A stretch of DNA of 64,000 nucleotides from positions 9,603 through 73,602 of the forward strand of contig JBGCGB010000005.1 of assembly GCA_045110335.1 (NCBI GenBank). The letters run 5' to 3'. The translations under genes and the position numbers were made by a program. Under the pieces are notes generated by a model. That model did no database searches. It had not been told where the DNA came from and worked only from the letters and a program-made list of their open reading frames with translations. This document shows positions 29,728-39,960 of the stretch, in pieces (positions within the stretch are counted from its first letter, which is position 1; each line of letters opens with the position of its first letter). The stretch is from Woeseiaceae bacterium. Its GTDB lineage: Bacteria; Pseudomonadota; Gammaproteobacteria; Steroidobacterales; Woeseiaceae.

Positions 29728-32700
29728 ATGGCAGTGGCCAATACCTCATTAACGAACCGCGCCGATAGTGGTGCAGCGGGCTTTAGTCTGGATTATGCAA
29801 CATCTGGCTCAGCGCACATGATCAATGGTCAGTACTTGCAAGATGAGGCCGCATGCGTCGCTGCCTTATTGGCACTGGCGGACGAGAGTTCGGCTGATTC
29901 GGCGGCTGTTCATGAGACGGCGATCGGCCTCGTTGAACGGGTTCGTAAGCTCAACGATGGACGCAGTGGTCTGGATGCATTCCTGCAAAAGTATGATCTC
30001 TCATCGCAGGAAGGGATCATGTTGATGTGCATTGCTGAAGCACTGCTTCGGATTCCTGACAAAGATACAGCGGATCAATTGATTGCGGACAAGTTGTCGA
30101 TGGCGAATTGGTCCGAGCATGTCGGCACCAGTGATTCCATGTTCGTTAATGCGTCAACCTGGGGTTTGATGCTGACCGGTCGCGTGTTGCGATTGGATGA
30201 TCAGGTTCAGGGCAACCCGGTTGGCACGTTCGATAAGTTGGTCAGCCGTGCTGGCGAACCTGTGGTGCGTGCGGCGATGCGCTCCGCAATGAAGATCATG
30301 GGACACCAGTTCGTGATGGGCCGTGACATTCGGGCGGCGATTAAGCGTTCGCTGAAAGGCGAGAACAAGTCTTATCGATATTCCTTCGACATGCTGGGCG
30401 AAGCGGCCTTGACGCGAACCGATGCGAAGCGCTACTTCGAGTCCTACAGTGATGCGATTAAAAAGATCGGTAGTTCGAGCAGCATCGATGATGTGTTTGC
30501 GGCGCCGAGTATTTCCGTGAAACTCTCGGCACTCTATCCACGCTATGAATTTGCACGTCGTCAGGAAGTACTTGATGAGCTGGCGCCGATGGTGCTTGAG
30601 CTCGCCGTGCGCGCCAAAGATGCGGGCATCGCGATTACGATGGATGCGGAAGAAGCGGATCGCCTGGAGCTGTCTCTGGATATTTTCGAGCGCGTCATCA
30701 CTGATACCGCGCTGGAAGGTTACGAAGGCTTTGGTCTTGCCGTGCAGGCGTATCAAAAACGTGCTTCATCGGTCGTCAAATGGCTTCGACAGTTGGCTGG
30801 CCGCATTCAGCGCCGGATCCCGGTGCGTTTGGTTAAAGGTGCTTATTGGGATACCGAGATCAAGCATGCGCAAGAGTTCGGATTCTCCGGCTACCCGGTG
30901 TTTTCGCGGAAGGTGAATACCGATGTTTCCTATCTCGCCTGTGCACGACTGTTGTTGGATGCGAGCGATCAACTGTATCCGCAGTTTGCGACACACAATG
31001 CGCATACCATCAGCTATGTCATGCATCATGCGGGTGGACGGACCGACTTCGAGTTTCAGCGATTGCATGGTATGGGTGAAGACTTGTATAGCGATATCGT
31101 GGACCCTGATCGCTACGGTAAGCAGTGTCGGGTTTATGCGCCCGTCGGCAGTCATGAAGACTTGTTGCCCTATCTTGTTCGGCGCTTGTTGGAGAACGGC
31201 GCCAATACATCTTTCGTCAACCGGATTGTCGATGAGCGTGAGCCAGCGGCAGACATCGTCGCTGACCCTATTGCCGAAGTTCGTGCACTCGACTCGATTG
31301 CCCATCCGCAAATTCCGAGCCCTGCTGAAATATTTGGTGAGCGGCGGCAGAATTCGCGGGGATTGAATTTGGCGGATCGTGAAGTCGGCAATACGCTGAT
31401 AGGCGCGATGCGTTCGAAAGCGAAAATCGCCTATGAAGCGTGCCCGTTAATTGCCGGCGAAGCTTGTGAAGGGGCTTGGCAGGACAGCACCAACCCGTTT
31501 GATCGTCGCGATGTCGTTGGCCGGGTAGCGTTCGCCGATACGACCGCGACAGTTCGTGCCATTGACGCAGCCGTCGCTGCATGGCCGCAGTATGAACGCA
31601 CGCCCGTAAAAATTCGTGCACAAGCGCTATTGAAAGCGGCCGATTTGTTTGAAGCACATACGGCGGAGTTGTTGGCGCTTTGTATTCGGGAAGCGGGCAA
31701 AAGCATTCCGGATGCGATCGCGGAGTTGCGCGAAGCCGTCGACTTCTTGCGTTACTACGCTGAAGAATCATCACAGCGTTTTGGTGAGCCAACGGTGCTG
31801 CCTGGTCCAACCGGGGAGCGCAATGTGATCGGTTTGCGCGGTCGAGGCGTTTTTGTTTGTGTTAGCCCATGGAATTTTCCATTGGCTATTTTTGTAGGCC
31901 AAATTAGCGCAGCTTTGGCGGCTGGCAATACGGTCATCGCCAAACCTGCTGAGCAAACATCGATCGTTGCGTTTCGTGCTGTGCAATTGATGCATGAGGC
32001 GGGCGTGCCGACGAGCGCGTTGCATTTCCTGCCGGGGACTGGAGCGACGGTGGGATCGACGGCCACGTCAGATCCTCGCGTTGCTGGAGTTGCCTTTACC
32101 GGCTCCACAGCAACAGCGTTGAGAATCAATCGATCGTTGGCCGCACGTGACGGCTTGATTGGCACGTTGATTGCCGAGACCGGCGGTCAGAATGCCATGA
32201 TCGTTGATAGTTCTGCATTGCCGGAGCAAGTGGTTCTTGATGCGGTGCAATCCGGATTTAACAGCGCAGGTCAACGTTGCTCGGCGCTCCGCATTTTGTG
32301 CGTTCAAAAGGATATTGCACCGCGTGTCATCGAGTTGCTGAAAGGCGCGATGGACGAACTGCATATCGGTGATCCGTCAAACTTGGCAACAGACGTTGGT
32401 CCGGTCATCGACGCCGCGGCGAAAGATCGATTGTTAAGTCACGTCGAACTGATGCACGAATCCCAGTCCGTGTTACACCAATGCGAGTTACCGGATGCCG
32501 GGGCTAACGGTGACTATGTTGCACCGACGTTAATTGAGATTGATCGACTCTCCGCTTTGCAGGAAGAAGTATTTGGACCCATCGTTCATCTGTACCAGTT
32601 TGAAGGTAAAGACTTGATGCCAATGATTGATGAGATAAACGCAAGCGGTTACGGTCTGACGTTCGGTATTCATACCCGAATCGATGGTCGGGCGGGTCAG

Positions 32701-32916
32701 CTTGCCGAGGCGTCATTGGCGGGCAACGTCTACATCAACCGGAATATGGTTGGTGCCGTTGTGGGCTCACAGCCTTTCGGTGGACGCGGTTTGTCTGGCA
32801 CAGGTCCGAAGGCTGGCGGGCCAAACTACCTGACAAGATTTGCCAGTGAATATACCATTAGTAATAACACTGCCGCGGTTGGCGGCAACGCCAGCCTGTT
32901 GTCGTTGGACGGATAA
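29728..32916 (+). CDS. putA: Bifunctional proline dehydrogenase / L-glutamate gamma-semialdehyde dehydrogenase PutA (no obvious N-terminal DNA-binding domain)
   Basis: A PRODH barrel region followed by an ALDH domain (FVCVSPWNFPLAIF, ETGGQNAMIVDSSA, catalytic Cys in GQRCSALR). I place the start at ATG 29728, preceded by AGGAGG. Confidence 0.93.
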   Translation: MAVANTSLTNRADSGAAGFSLDYATSGSAHMINGQYLQDEAACVAALLALADESSADSAAVHETAIGLVERVRKLNDGRSGLDAFLQKYDLSSQEGIMLMCIAEALLRIPDKDTADQLIADKLSMANWSEHVGTSDSMFVNASTWGLMLTGRVLRLDDQVQGNPVGTFDKLVSRAGEPVVRAAMRSAMKIMGHQFVMGRDIRAAIKRSLKGENKSYRYSFDMLGEAALTRTDAKRYFESYSDAIKKIGSSSSIDDVFAAPSISVKLSALYPRYEFARRQEVLDELAPMVLELAVRAKDAGIAITMDAEEADRLELSLDIFERVITDTALEGYEGFGLAVQAYQKRASSVVKWLRQLAGRIQRRIPVRLVKGAYWDTEIKHAQEFGFSGYPVFSRKVNTDVSYLACARLLLDASDQLYPQFATHNAHTISYVMHHAGGRTDFEFQRLHGMGEDLYSDIVDPDRYGKQCRVYAPVGSHEDLLPYLVRRLLENGANTSFVNRIVDEREPAADIVADPIAEVRALDSIAHPQIPSPAEIFGERRQNSRGLNLADREVGNTLIGAMRSKAKIAYEACPLIAGEACEGAWQDSTNPFDRRDVVGRVAFADTTATVRAIDAAVAAWPQYERTPVKIRAQALLKAADLFEAHTAELLALCIREAGKSIPDAIAELREAVDFLRYYAEESSQRFGEPTVLPGPTGERNVIGLRGRGVFVCVSPWNFPLAIFVGQISAALAAGNTVIAKPAEQTSIVAFRAVQLMHEAGVPTSALHFLPGTGATVGSTATSDPRVAGVAFTGSTATALRINRSLAARDGLIGTLIAETGGQNAMIVDSSALPEQVVLDAVQSGFNSAGQRCSALRILCVQKDIAPRVIELLKGAMDELHIGDPSNLATDVGPVIDAAAKDRLLSHVELMHESQSVLHQCELPDAGANGDYVAPTLIEIDRLSALQEEVFGPIVHLYQFEGKDLMPMIDEINASGYGLTFGIHTRIDGRAGQLAEASLAGNVYINRNMVGAVVGSQPFGGRGLSGTGPKAGGPNYLTRFASEYTISNNTAAVGGNASLLSLDG

Positions 32917-32923
32917 TGAGGCG

Positions 32924-33448
32924 CTAGATTCGCTTGATCGGGCCATTTTTGTTTTTGGGATAGTCGTAACCGACGACGCGGACATCGCCGAGTGCGAAAC
33001 TTGCCCAATCAGGCACGTCGGCGCTGACCGTTAGCATGCCGGCGGTTGGCATGGCGCCGACTAATCCATCGCTCAGCTCATTGGCCAAATCCGATATGCC
33101 AGGGTTGTGCGCAACGACCACAATGTTCCTGAATTCGGCTTCTTGTGAAGAAACGATTTGCAGAATTTGAGGAGCGCTGGCGAGATAGAGCGAAGACTCT
33201 TTGTGAATAAACTCAATCGGGAAGCCGATGGCGTTCGCAAACAATTTGGCGGTTTGTGTCGTTCGCACGGCACTGCTGCACATAATGAGTGACGGACGCA
33301 CCTCGGCGTCGCGGAGTCTCTTGCCCATTGCAGGAGCGTCGGTTTCGCCGCGGTCATTCAGCGGTCTTTGGCGATCAGTCAGACCTTCAAAACCCCAGGC
33401 AGATTTGGCGTGGCGCAGCAGTGTCAGTGTGTGTGTGGGTAAACCCAT
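32924..33448 (-). CDS. Histidine phosphatase family protein (SixA-like)
   Basis: The LTLLRHAKS catalytic RH motif, a second His in VVAHNPG, and a length of 174 aa. Confidence 0.75.
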   Translation of the reverse strand: MGLPTHTLTLLRHAKSAWGFEGLTDRQRPLNDRGETDAPAMGKRLRDAEVRPSLIMCSSAVRTTQTAKLFANAIGFPIEFIHKESSLYLASAPQILQIVSSQEAEFRNIVVVAHNPGISDLANELSDGLVGAMPTAGMLTVSADVPDWASFALGDVRVVGYDYPKNKNGPIKRI

Positions 33449-33475
33449 CCCAGTCTCCCGCGGCTGATGATCGTC

Positions 33476-34030
33476 CTAGTACATCATACCGGTTTGTAGT
33501 CTGGCCTCTTCACTCATCATCATGTGATTCCATGGCGGATCGAATACCAACTCGACGCTTACATCGTCGACCGTTGGTACAATAGCAACTTTTTGTTGGA
33601 CGTCCTGAACAATAATCTCGCCCATCCCGCAGCCGGGAGCGGTCAGCGTCATGTCAACTTCGATTCGGCGACTGCCGCTGTCGGCACGAATGATCTCGAC
33701 GCGATAGACAAGCCCCAGTTCGACGATATCAACCGGAATTTCGGGGTCGTAACAAGTCTTGAGCTGACGCCAGATGATCTGTTCGAAATCATCGTCGGTA
33801 ATATTGGCAGGAACTTCCGGTGGCTTGACCGGCTCCTTGCCAAGTGCATCGGCGTCGGTGCCATCCACTCTAAACAGACTGCCTTCCACGAATACGGTGA
33901 AATTGCCGCCCAATCCTTGTGTGATGTATCCGTTTGTACCTTTGCGGAGTGTGACTGACATGCCGACTGGAATGACAACGGCAGCGACATCGCGCTCTAA
34001 GGTGAAGGGTTCGCTATCGTTAGAATACAT
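33476..34030 (-). CDS. sufT: SUF-system Fe-S assembly protein SufT (DUF59/MIP18 family)
   Basis: DUF59 core (LKTCYDPEIPVDIVELGLVY...LTAPGCGMG). It is the last gene of the suf operon. Confidence 0.8.
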   Translation of the reverse strand: MYSNDSEPFTLERDVAAVVIPVGMSVTLRKGTNGYITQGLGGNFTVFVEGSLFRVDGTDADALGKEPVKPPEVPANITDDDFEQIIWRQLKTCYDPEIPVDIVELGLVYRVEIIRADSGSRRIEVDMTLTAPGCGMGEIIVQDVQQKVAIVPTVDDVSVELVFDPPWNHMMMSEEARLQTGMMY

Positions 34031-34036
34031 ATTGTT

Positions 34037-34501
34037 CTACTTGGACTCTGTGGAAACATCGGATTGGCCGCTGACAGCAGCCTCGACAGCCCGCCAGGCG
34101 AGCGCTGCGCATTTGACGCGAGACGGATATTGCCGAACTGCGGCGAGCGCTGCAACTGGCTGGTCGTTAAGCAGTGGCGTAACGGGCTGTTGAAAGTCGT
34201 CATTGAGCATCTGCGTGACGGCATCAACGAGCTGCAACGCCGATGCTTGCTTAGCACCGGTGAGCATTTCGGTCATCATTGAGGCGGATGCTATGCTAAT
34301 CGCGCAACCGCTGCCTTCGAAACAGATTTCCCGCACCGTCTTATCATCTAGCACGATTTGGACCTCGATTTTGTCACCGCACAATGGATTGTTGCCTGTT
34401 GCACTCGCGGTCGCCTGTTCGATGCGCCGAAAATTTTTGGGCTCACGCGCATGCGTCATGACTTGTTCACGATAAAGGTCTTCGAGGTCTGAATGACTCA
34501 A
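34037..34501 (-). CDS. sufU: SUF-system sulfur-transfer/scaffold protein SufU (IscU-like)
   Basis: NPLCGD, GSGCAISIASAS and RVKCAALAW are the three-Cys SufU signature. Confidence 0.85.
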   Translation of the reverse strand: MSHSDLEDLYREQVMTHAREPKNFRRIEQATASATGNNPLCGDKIEVQIVLDDKTVREICFEGSGCAISIASASMMTEMLTGAKQASALQLVDAVTQMLNDDFQQPVTPLLNDQPVAALAAVRQYPSRVKCAALAWRAVEAAVSGQSDVSTESK

Positions 34502-35754
34502 CGAAACAGCCGTCTGACGCCGTCGAGCGCATCCATTAATGCGTCGACGTCTTCACGATGATTATAAAAGGCCAGCGACGCACGAGCGGTGCCGGGCACC
34601 TCAAACCGCTGCATGATCGGCATCGCACAATGATGACCGGTTCGCACGGCCACACCGAACTGATCAACGATGGTACCGAGATCATGTGGGTGTACATCGT
34701 CCATCAAAAATGAGGCGACCGCTGCTTTGTGTTTGGCGCGACCAACGATGCGAATATCGTCGCAAGCATTGAGTTGCTCGTGAAGGTAATCGAGTAAGAG
34801 CCCTTCGTAACGTGCGATGTTGTCCATGCCAATTGTTTGAAGGTAATCAATGGCTGCGCCAAGGCCCACGACGCCGGCGATGTTCGGTGTGCCTGCTTCA
34901 AATTTGTAGGGGAGCTCATTGAAAGTCGTACCCGAAAAACGCACCTCTTCGATCATGTCACCGCCGCCTTGCCATGGCGGCATGGCGTCCAGCAAAGCTT
35001 CACGACCGTACAGAACACCGACGCCGGTCGGTCCGGCCATCTTGTGCGCTGAGAATGCGAAAAAGTCAGCGTCGAGCGCCTGCACATCAACGTTGCTATG
35101 AGGCACGGCCTGAGCACCATCGACAAGCACCGGAATGTGCTTCGCGCGTGCTATCGGAATGATATCGGATAACGGTAAAACGGTGCCGAGCGCGTTTGAT
35201 ACCGCGCTGATTGCGAGTAACCGGGTTTTATCGGAAAGCAGATCAGTGACTTTCTCGGCGATGACTTCGCCGTCATCCTCAACGGGCGCGACCAATAGTT
35301 TGGCGCCAGTGCGATCGCAGAGCATCTGCCACGGTACGATGTTGGCATGATGCTCAAGATGTGTGACGACGATCTCGTCGCCGGCATTGAGGGAAGCGCC
35401 CAAAAAGCTCTGCGCGACAAGATTGATGGATTCAGTCGTGCCGCTCGTGAAGATAATCTCACGCGTGCTGGAGGCATTGATGAAGGCACGTACTTTCTCG
35501 CGCGCTCCTTCGTAGCTGTCTGTCGCGCGATGGCTGAGTGTGTGCACACCGCGATGGACGTTCGCATGATCATGAGTTTCGTAATGAGCAATCGCATCGA
35601 GAACCGCTTTCGGTCTCTGCGATGACGCGGCGCTATCCAAGAACACTAGTGGCTTACCATTGATGTCTTGATCCAACACCGGGAAGTCACTGCGTAGCTC
35701 TCGCATTTGCAGTTCAAAGTCAGCGTTGCTCATGTCTTGTGCGCGTGCGTTCAT
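34498..35754 (-). CDS. sufS: Cysteine desulfurase SufS
   Basis: HHANIVPW, PLP-Lys in FSAHKMAGPTGVGVLYG, and catalytic Cys in RTGHHCAMP. Confidence 0.93.
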   Translation of the reverse strand: MNARAQDMSNADFELQMRELRSDFPVLDQDINGKPLVFLDSAASSQRPKAVLDAIAHYETHDHANVHRGVHTLSHRATDSYEGAREKVRAFINASSTREIIFTSGTTESINLVAQSFLGASLNAGDEIVVTHLEHHANIVPWQMLCDRTGAKLLVAPVEDDGEVIAEKVTDLLSDKTRLLAISAVSNALGTVLPLSDIIPIARAKHIPVLVDGAQAVPHSNVDVQALDADFFAFSAHKMAGPTGVGVLYGREALLDAMPPWQGGGDMIEEVRFSGTTFNELPYKFEAGTPNIAGVVGLGAAIDYLQTIGMDNIARYEGLLLDYLHEQLNACDDIRIVGRAKHKAAVASFLMDDVHPHDLGTIVDQFGVAVRTGHHCAMPIMQRFEVPGTARASLAFYNHREDVDALMDALDGVRRLFR

Positions 35755-37013
35755 TCAATAAGGTCCAATGCGGTGAAGTCCGGGATTTGCTCCGCGATGA
35801 CTTTCTCCAAGTGATTTCTAAAATCGGCGTCCGCGACGTCATGTAGCGTTTCACGACAGAAAGCGTAGGTGAGCAGCTGTGTTGCTGTAGCCAGGTCAAC
35901 GCCTCTCGAGCGCAAATAAAACAGTGATTTCTCGTCGAGCTGACCAACGGTTGCGCCATGTGCGCATTTGACGTCGTCCGCGTAGATCTCGAGTTCTGGC
36001 TTGGTATCGATTTCGGCATGATCTGAGAGCAAAAGATTGGGGTTCGATTGCACGGCATCGGTGCCGTCGGCGCCTTCATGCACGACCACCTTGCCATTGA
36101 ATACGGCACGACTGTGGTCACGTAAGATACCCCGGTAGTCTTCGTCACTGCGGGTATCTTTAGCGATGTGATCGACGCGTGTGTGATTGTCAACGTGTTG
36201 ACGACCGTCGATTAGATACAGGCCTTTCATCGTAATCGTTGCGTCGGACCCGATTAGCTTGGCATTGATATCGTTGCGCGTGAGTTTCGCGCCGGCATCC
36301 AAAGTGAAAGCTTCGAATGATGCGGCGGTATCGATCGTTGCATCGATCCGGGTCGATAACAAAGCTTCGGTGCCGAGTTCTTGCACGCGATAAATCTTGA
36401 GCGATGATGACGATGCCAGATTAACCTGCATGGCATGGTTGCTCATGCTTTGCCCAGCCTCATCCAAGTTGACGAAGTGCTCGGCAATGACGACGCTGCT
36501 GTTCGCGGCGCTTTCGATGTGGATTCTCGTTTGTGCCAGTGCACCGGTTTCGGCGATATGGATAACATTCAACGGTGCATCTATGGTGACGCCTTCGGCG
36601 ATGTTGATCGCTAAGTCACTGTCTGGTAACGCCGTAGCCAACTGTAACAGGGCGTGTTCCGCACCTGTGGGCACATCGGCCTCTCCGGCGGGGTCACTGA
36701 TCGAAATGCCGGCCGGGAGATTTTCCAGGTCCGTCATTCTTTCGCCATTGATGAACACGAGCGCATAACCCTTTGCTCGGGACGCGACGATGTCGGCGAC
36801 ATCCGGTAGTGAAGCGTTCGAGGTTTCCGTGCTGAGTGCATCGATCGCAAAGCTTGCGAAAGGACCCGCCTTAGTATATTTCCACGCCTCATCGCGTCGC
36901 GTCGGAAAACCGTCACGGAGCAGCGCGCTGAGCGCTTGTTGTCTGGTGACACGATTAGCGGCATTTTTCACAATGTCGCGAGCGCCCGCGGCTTTGATTA
37001 CGTCGAGGTTCAT
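35751..37013 (-). CDS. sufD: Fe-S cluster assembly protein SufD
   Basis: Beta-helix SufD sequence (KCAHGATVGQLDEKSLFYLRSRG). I place the start at ATG 37013, which overlaps the sufC stop (ATGA). Confidence 0.9.
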   Translation of the reverse strand: MNLDVIKAAGARDIVKNAANRVTRQQALSALLRDGFPTRRDEAWKYTKAGPFASFAIDALSTETSNASLPDVADIVASRAKGYALVFINGERMTDLENLPAGISISDPAGEADVPTGAEHALLQLATALPDSDLAINIAEGVTIDAPLNVIHIAETGALAQTRIHIESAANSSVVIAEHFVNLDEAGQSMSNHAMQVNLASSSSLKIYRVQELGTEALLSTRIDATIDTAASFEAFTLDAGAKLTRNDINAKLIGSDATITMKGLYLIDGRQHVDNHTRVDHIAKDTRSDEDYRGILRDHSRAVFNGKVVVHEGADGTDAVQSNPNLLLSDHAEIDTKPELEIYADDVKCAHGATVGQLDEKSLFYLRSRGVDLATATQLLTYAFCRETLHDVADADFRNHLEKVIAEQIPDFTALDLIE

Positions 37014-37777
37014 GCCGCTGCTTCTTCCAATAGCCAATCGTAGCCGCGCTCTTCGAGCTCCAGCGCGAGGTCTTTGTCGCCGGAACGGATGATGCGTCCA
37101 CCGGCCAGCACATGTACGTAGTCCGGCACGATGTAACTCAGAAGTCGCTGATAATGCGTGACCATCAAAAAGCTTCGCGATTCGCTTCGCAGTGAGTTAA
37201 CGCCATTGGCCACGACTTTGAGTGCGTCGATATCGAGACCGGAATCTGTTTCGTCGAGAATGCATAGCGACGGTTCAAGGACGGCCATTTGGAAGATCTC
37301 GTTGCGTTTCTTTTCGCCACCAGAGAACCCTTCGTTGACGCCGCGATTCAAAAAGCCCGGGTCCATTTCCATTAATTTCATTTTTTCGCGCGCGAGCTTC
37401 ATGAAATCAACGGCGCTGATTTCTTCTTCGCCACGTGATTCCCTGACTGCATTGAGTGCGGCGCGCAGTAGATAGGTGTTGTTCACGCCCGGAATCTCGA
37501 CCGGATACTGGAATGCGAGAAAGACACCGGCGCGGGCACGCTCTTCCGGGTCTAGGTCGAGCAGGTCTTGACCATTAAAGGTCACTTCACCATCTGTAAT
37601 GGTGTAGTCATCACGACCGGCCAGTACGTTGGCTAACGTGCTTTTCCCGGACCCGTTGGGTCCCATAATGGCGTGTACTTCGCCAGGACCGATGTCCAAA
37701 GAAAGCCCCTTAAGGATAGGTGTGTCGCTAACATTCGCGTGTAAGTTCTTAATGCTGATCATAGTGTTCTTGCTCAT
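37010..37777 (-). CDS. sufC: Fe-S cluster assembly ATPase SufC
   Basis: Walker [10 protein letters not shown], signature FSGGEKKR, and Walker [11 protein letters not shown]. Confidence 0.95.
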   Translation of the reverse strand: MSKNTMISIKNLHANVSDTPILKGLSLDIGPGEVHAIMGPNGSGKSTLANVLAGRDDYTITDGEVTFNGQDLLDLDPEERARAGVFLAFQYPVEIPGVNNTYLLRAALNAVRESRGEEEISAVDFMKLAREKMKLMEMDPGFLNRGVNEGFSGGEKKRNEIFQMAVLEPSLCILDETDSGLDIDALKVVANGVNSLRSESRSFLMVTHYQRLLSYIVPDYVHVLAGGRIIRSGDKDLALELEERGYDWLLEEAAA

Positions 37778-39222
37778 CCTACGGCGCCTTCTAGGCTGAC
37801 GTTTAACAGTGCTTGTGCCTCGACGGCAAACTCCATCGGGAGTTCGCGGAAAACATCTTTGCAGAAGCCGTTGACGATCAGGTTGACCGCATCTTCTTCG
37901 CCGATGCCGCGTTGGCGACAGTAAAATAATTGGTCCTCGCCGATTTTCGACGTGGTTGCTTCATGCTCGACTTGAGCGCTCGCGTTTTTTACTTCCATGT
38001 AAGGGAACGTGTGCGCACCGCATTCTTTGCCGATCAGCAGTGAATCGCATTGCGTGTAGTTTCGCGCGCCTTTTGCTTGCGGCAGAATTTTCACGAGACC
38101 GCGATAGGCGTTCTGCGCTTTGCCCGCTGAGATACCTTTGGAAACGATGGTGCTTTTGGTGTTCTCACCGATGTGAATCATCTTGGTACCGGTGTCTGCT
38201 TGTTGATAGTTGTTGGTGACGGCAACGGAATAAAACTCGCCGACGGAATCATCACCGCGCAGGATGCAACTTGGATACTTCCACGTAATTGCAGAACCGG
38301 TTTCGACTTGCGTCCACGAAATTTTCGAGCGCTTGCCGCGGCAGTCGCCACGCTTAGTCACGAAATTATAAATGCCGCCGCGACCTTCTTCGTCACCGGG
38401 GTACCAGTTCTGAACGGTCGAGTATTTGATTTCGGCATCATCCAATGCGACCAGCTCCACGACGGCGGCATGCAATTGATTTTCGTCGCGCATCGGCGCT
38501 GTGCAACCTTCGAGGTAGCTCACATGACTGCCTTCTTCGGCAATGATCAGCGTTCTTTCAAACTGACCCGTGTTGAGCTCATTAATGCGGAAGTAAGTCG
38601 ACAGCTCCATCGGGCAGCGAACGCCTTTCGGAATGAAAACAAACGAGCCATCACTGAAAACGGCAGAGTTTAACGCCGCAAAGTAGTTGTCTCTTTGCGG
38701 GACTACCGAGCCAAGATATTTCTTAACCAATTCCGGATGGTCATGCACCGCTTCAGAAAATGAGCAGAAGATGACGCCCGCTTCATAGAGTTTGTCGCGG
38801 AAGGTCGTTGTGACCGAGACACTATCAAAAACAGCATCAACCGCGACGCCGGCCAAGCGCGCACGCTCATGCAGCGGAATACCTAATTTATCGTAGGTCT
38901 CTAAAAGTTTCGGATCCACTTCGTCCAGACTTTGGGGCTTATCGGCATCTTTCTTTGGTGCCGAGAAATAGGAAATAGCGTTGTAATCGATTTTCGGGAA
39001 ATGGACATGGGCCCATTCCGGCGTCTCCATTTCCTGCCATAACCGAAAAGCCTTAAGTCGCCACTCCAACATGAACTCGGGCTCGTTCTTGCGCGCCGAT
39101 ATCGCGCGGACAACGGATTCATCGAGACCAGGCGGAAAGGTGTCGGATTCGATGTCGGTGACGAATCCATGCTTGTACTTCTGATCGACGAAATCTTGTA
39201 CGTCGTTGGCATTCGAACTCAT
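37774..39222 (-). CDS. sufB: Fe-S cluster assembly protein SufB
   Basis: 482 aa with highly conserved SufB sequence ([30 protein letters not shown]). Confidence 0.95.
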   Translation of the reverse strand: MSSNANDVQDFVDQKYKHGFVTDIESDTFPPGLDESVVRAISARKNEPEFMLEWRLKAFRLWQEMETPEWAHVHFPKIDYNAISYFSAPKKDADKPQSLDEVDPKLLETYDKLGIPLHERARLAGVAVDAVFDSVSVTTTFRDKLYEAGVIFCSFSEAVHDHPELVKKYLGSVVPQRDNYFAALNSAVFSDGSFVFIPKGVRCPMELSTYFRINELNTGQFERTLIIAEEGSHVSYLEGCTAPMRDENQLHAAVVELVALDDAEIKYSTVQNWYPGDEEGRGGIYNFVTKRGDCRGKRSKISWTQVETGSAITWKYPSCILRGDDSVGEFYSVAVTNNYQQADTGTKMIHIGENTKSTIVSKGISAGKAQNAYRGLVKILPQAKGARNYTQCDSLLIGKECGAHTFPYMEVKNASAQVEHEATTSKIGEDQLFYCRQRGIGEEDAVNLIVNGFCKDVFRELPMEFAVEAQALLNVSLEGAVG

Positions 39223-39716
39223 AACTTATTGGCCTTCAGAGAAATAGGGGTAATAGAGGGGCGTTTGTTCAGGAGGTCGTTAGCCGGCATCAGTGGAAAC
39301 GACGTTGGTATATTGCGTTGGTTGCACAGGTCATCAAGGCTGATGTCGTCCAGTGCTCGCCGAATGGCGACATTGATCTGTTGCCACGATGAACCCAGAT
39401 GGCAAGTCGCCTCCAGTTCGCAGTCCGTATCGTCCGAGGAGCACTCGGTGATAGCGAGCGGGCCATCGATGGCATCAATAATGGCCGCGGCTGAGATGTC
39501 AGCGGCCGGGCGAGCTAAGCGATAGCCACCGCTGCTGCCGCGGCGTGCCGAAACCAGCGCGGCGCGCGCCAACGCTTTGAGGACTTTGCTGACCGTCGCC
39601 GCGCCCAAATTAGTGCGGTGGGCGATTTCGGTGGCACTAAACAATGCTGCCTCGTCGCGGCTTAACTCAGCGAGCACCAGCGTCGCATAGTCCGTCATTT
39701 TGCTGATTCTAAGCAT
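39219..39716 (-). CDS. Rrf2-family SUF system Fe-S assembly regulator
   Basis: An Rrf2 winged helix-turn-helix ([13 protein letters not shown]...[19 protein letters not shown]) plus a Cys triad, [20 protein letters not shown], suited to cluster ligation. It is the first gene of the suf operon. Confidence 0.88.
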   Translation of the reverse strand: MLRISKMTDYATLVLAELSRDEAALFSATEIAHRTNLGAATVSKVLKALARAALVSARRGSSGGYRLARPAADISAAAIIDAIDGPLAITECSSDDTDCELEATCHLGSSWQQINVAIRRALDDISLDDLCNQRNIPTSFPLMPANDLLNKRPSITPISLKANKL

Positions 39717-39736
39717 GTTTGAACCGGGGTTCGTAA

Positions 39737-39762
39737 ATAATCGGACTATTTTAGTCCTATTT
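39737..39762. promoter_or_regulatory. Candidate Rrf2/IscR-type operator
   Basis: Perfect inverted repeat GGACTA-ttt-TAGTCC (39743-39757) in AT-rich flanks, 27 nt upstream of the regulator start codon. The core GACTAtttTAGTC matches the central GACTRwwwYAGTC of the E. coli IscR type-1 site as I recall it. Confidence 0.45.
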
Positions 39763-39813
39763 AAATGGGAATGCTATATGCGACAAAAGAAAGCTATGCG
39801 TTAGATAGCTTGT

Positions 39814-39822
39814 TGCTATAAT
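39814..39822 (+). promoter_or_regulatory. Possible extended -10 promoter element for mlaF
   Basis: TGcTATAAT lies about 140 nt upstream of the mlaF ATG. There is no good -35 element. Confidence 0.25.
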
Positions 39823-39960
39823 GCCGCGATAGAAAACACGATAAATTAAGGGATTGATCGATCCAATTGCGTTCGTGACTCATAAGTGTTGCTCAAAAGC
39901 GACACGATTTTGAGTAATGATGATTGGCAATGCGGCGATTCGCCCCCATACAGAGCAGGC

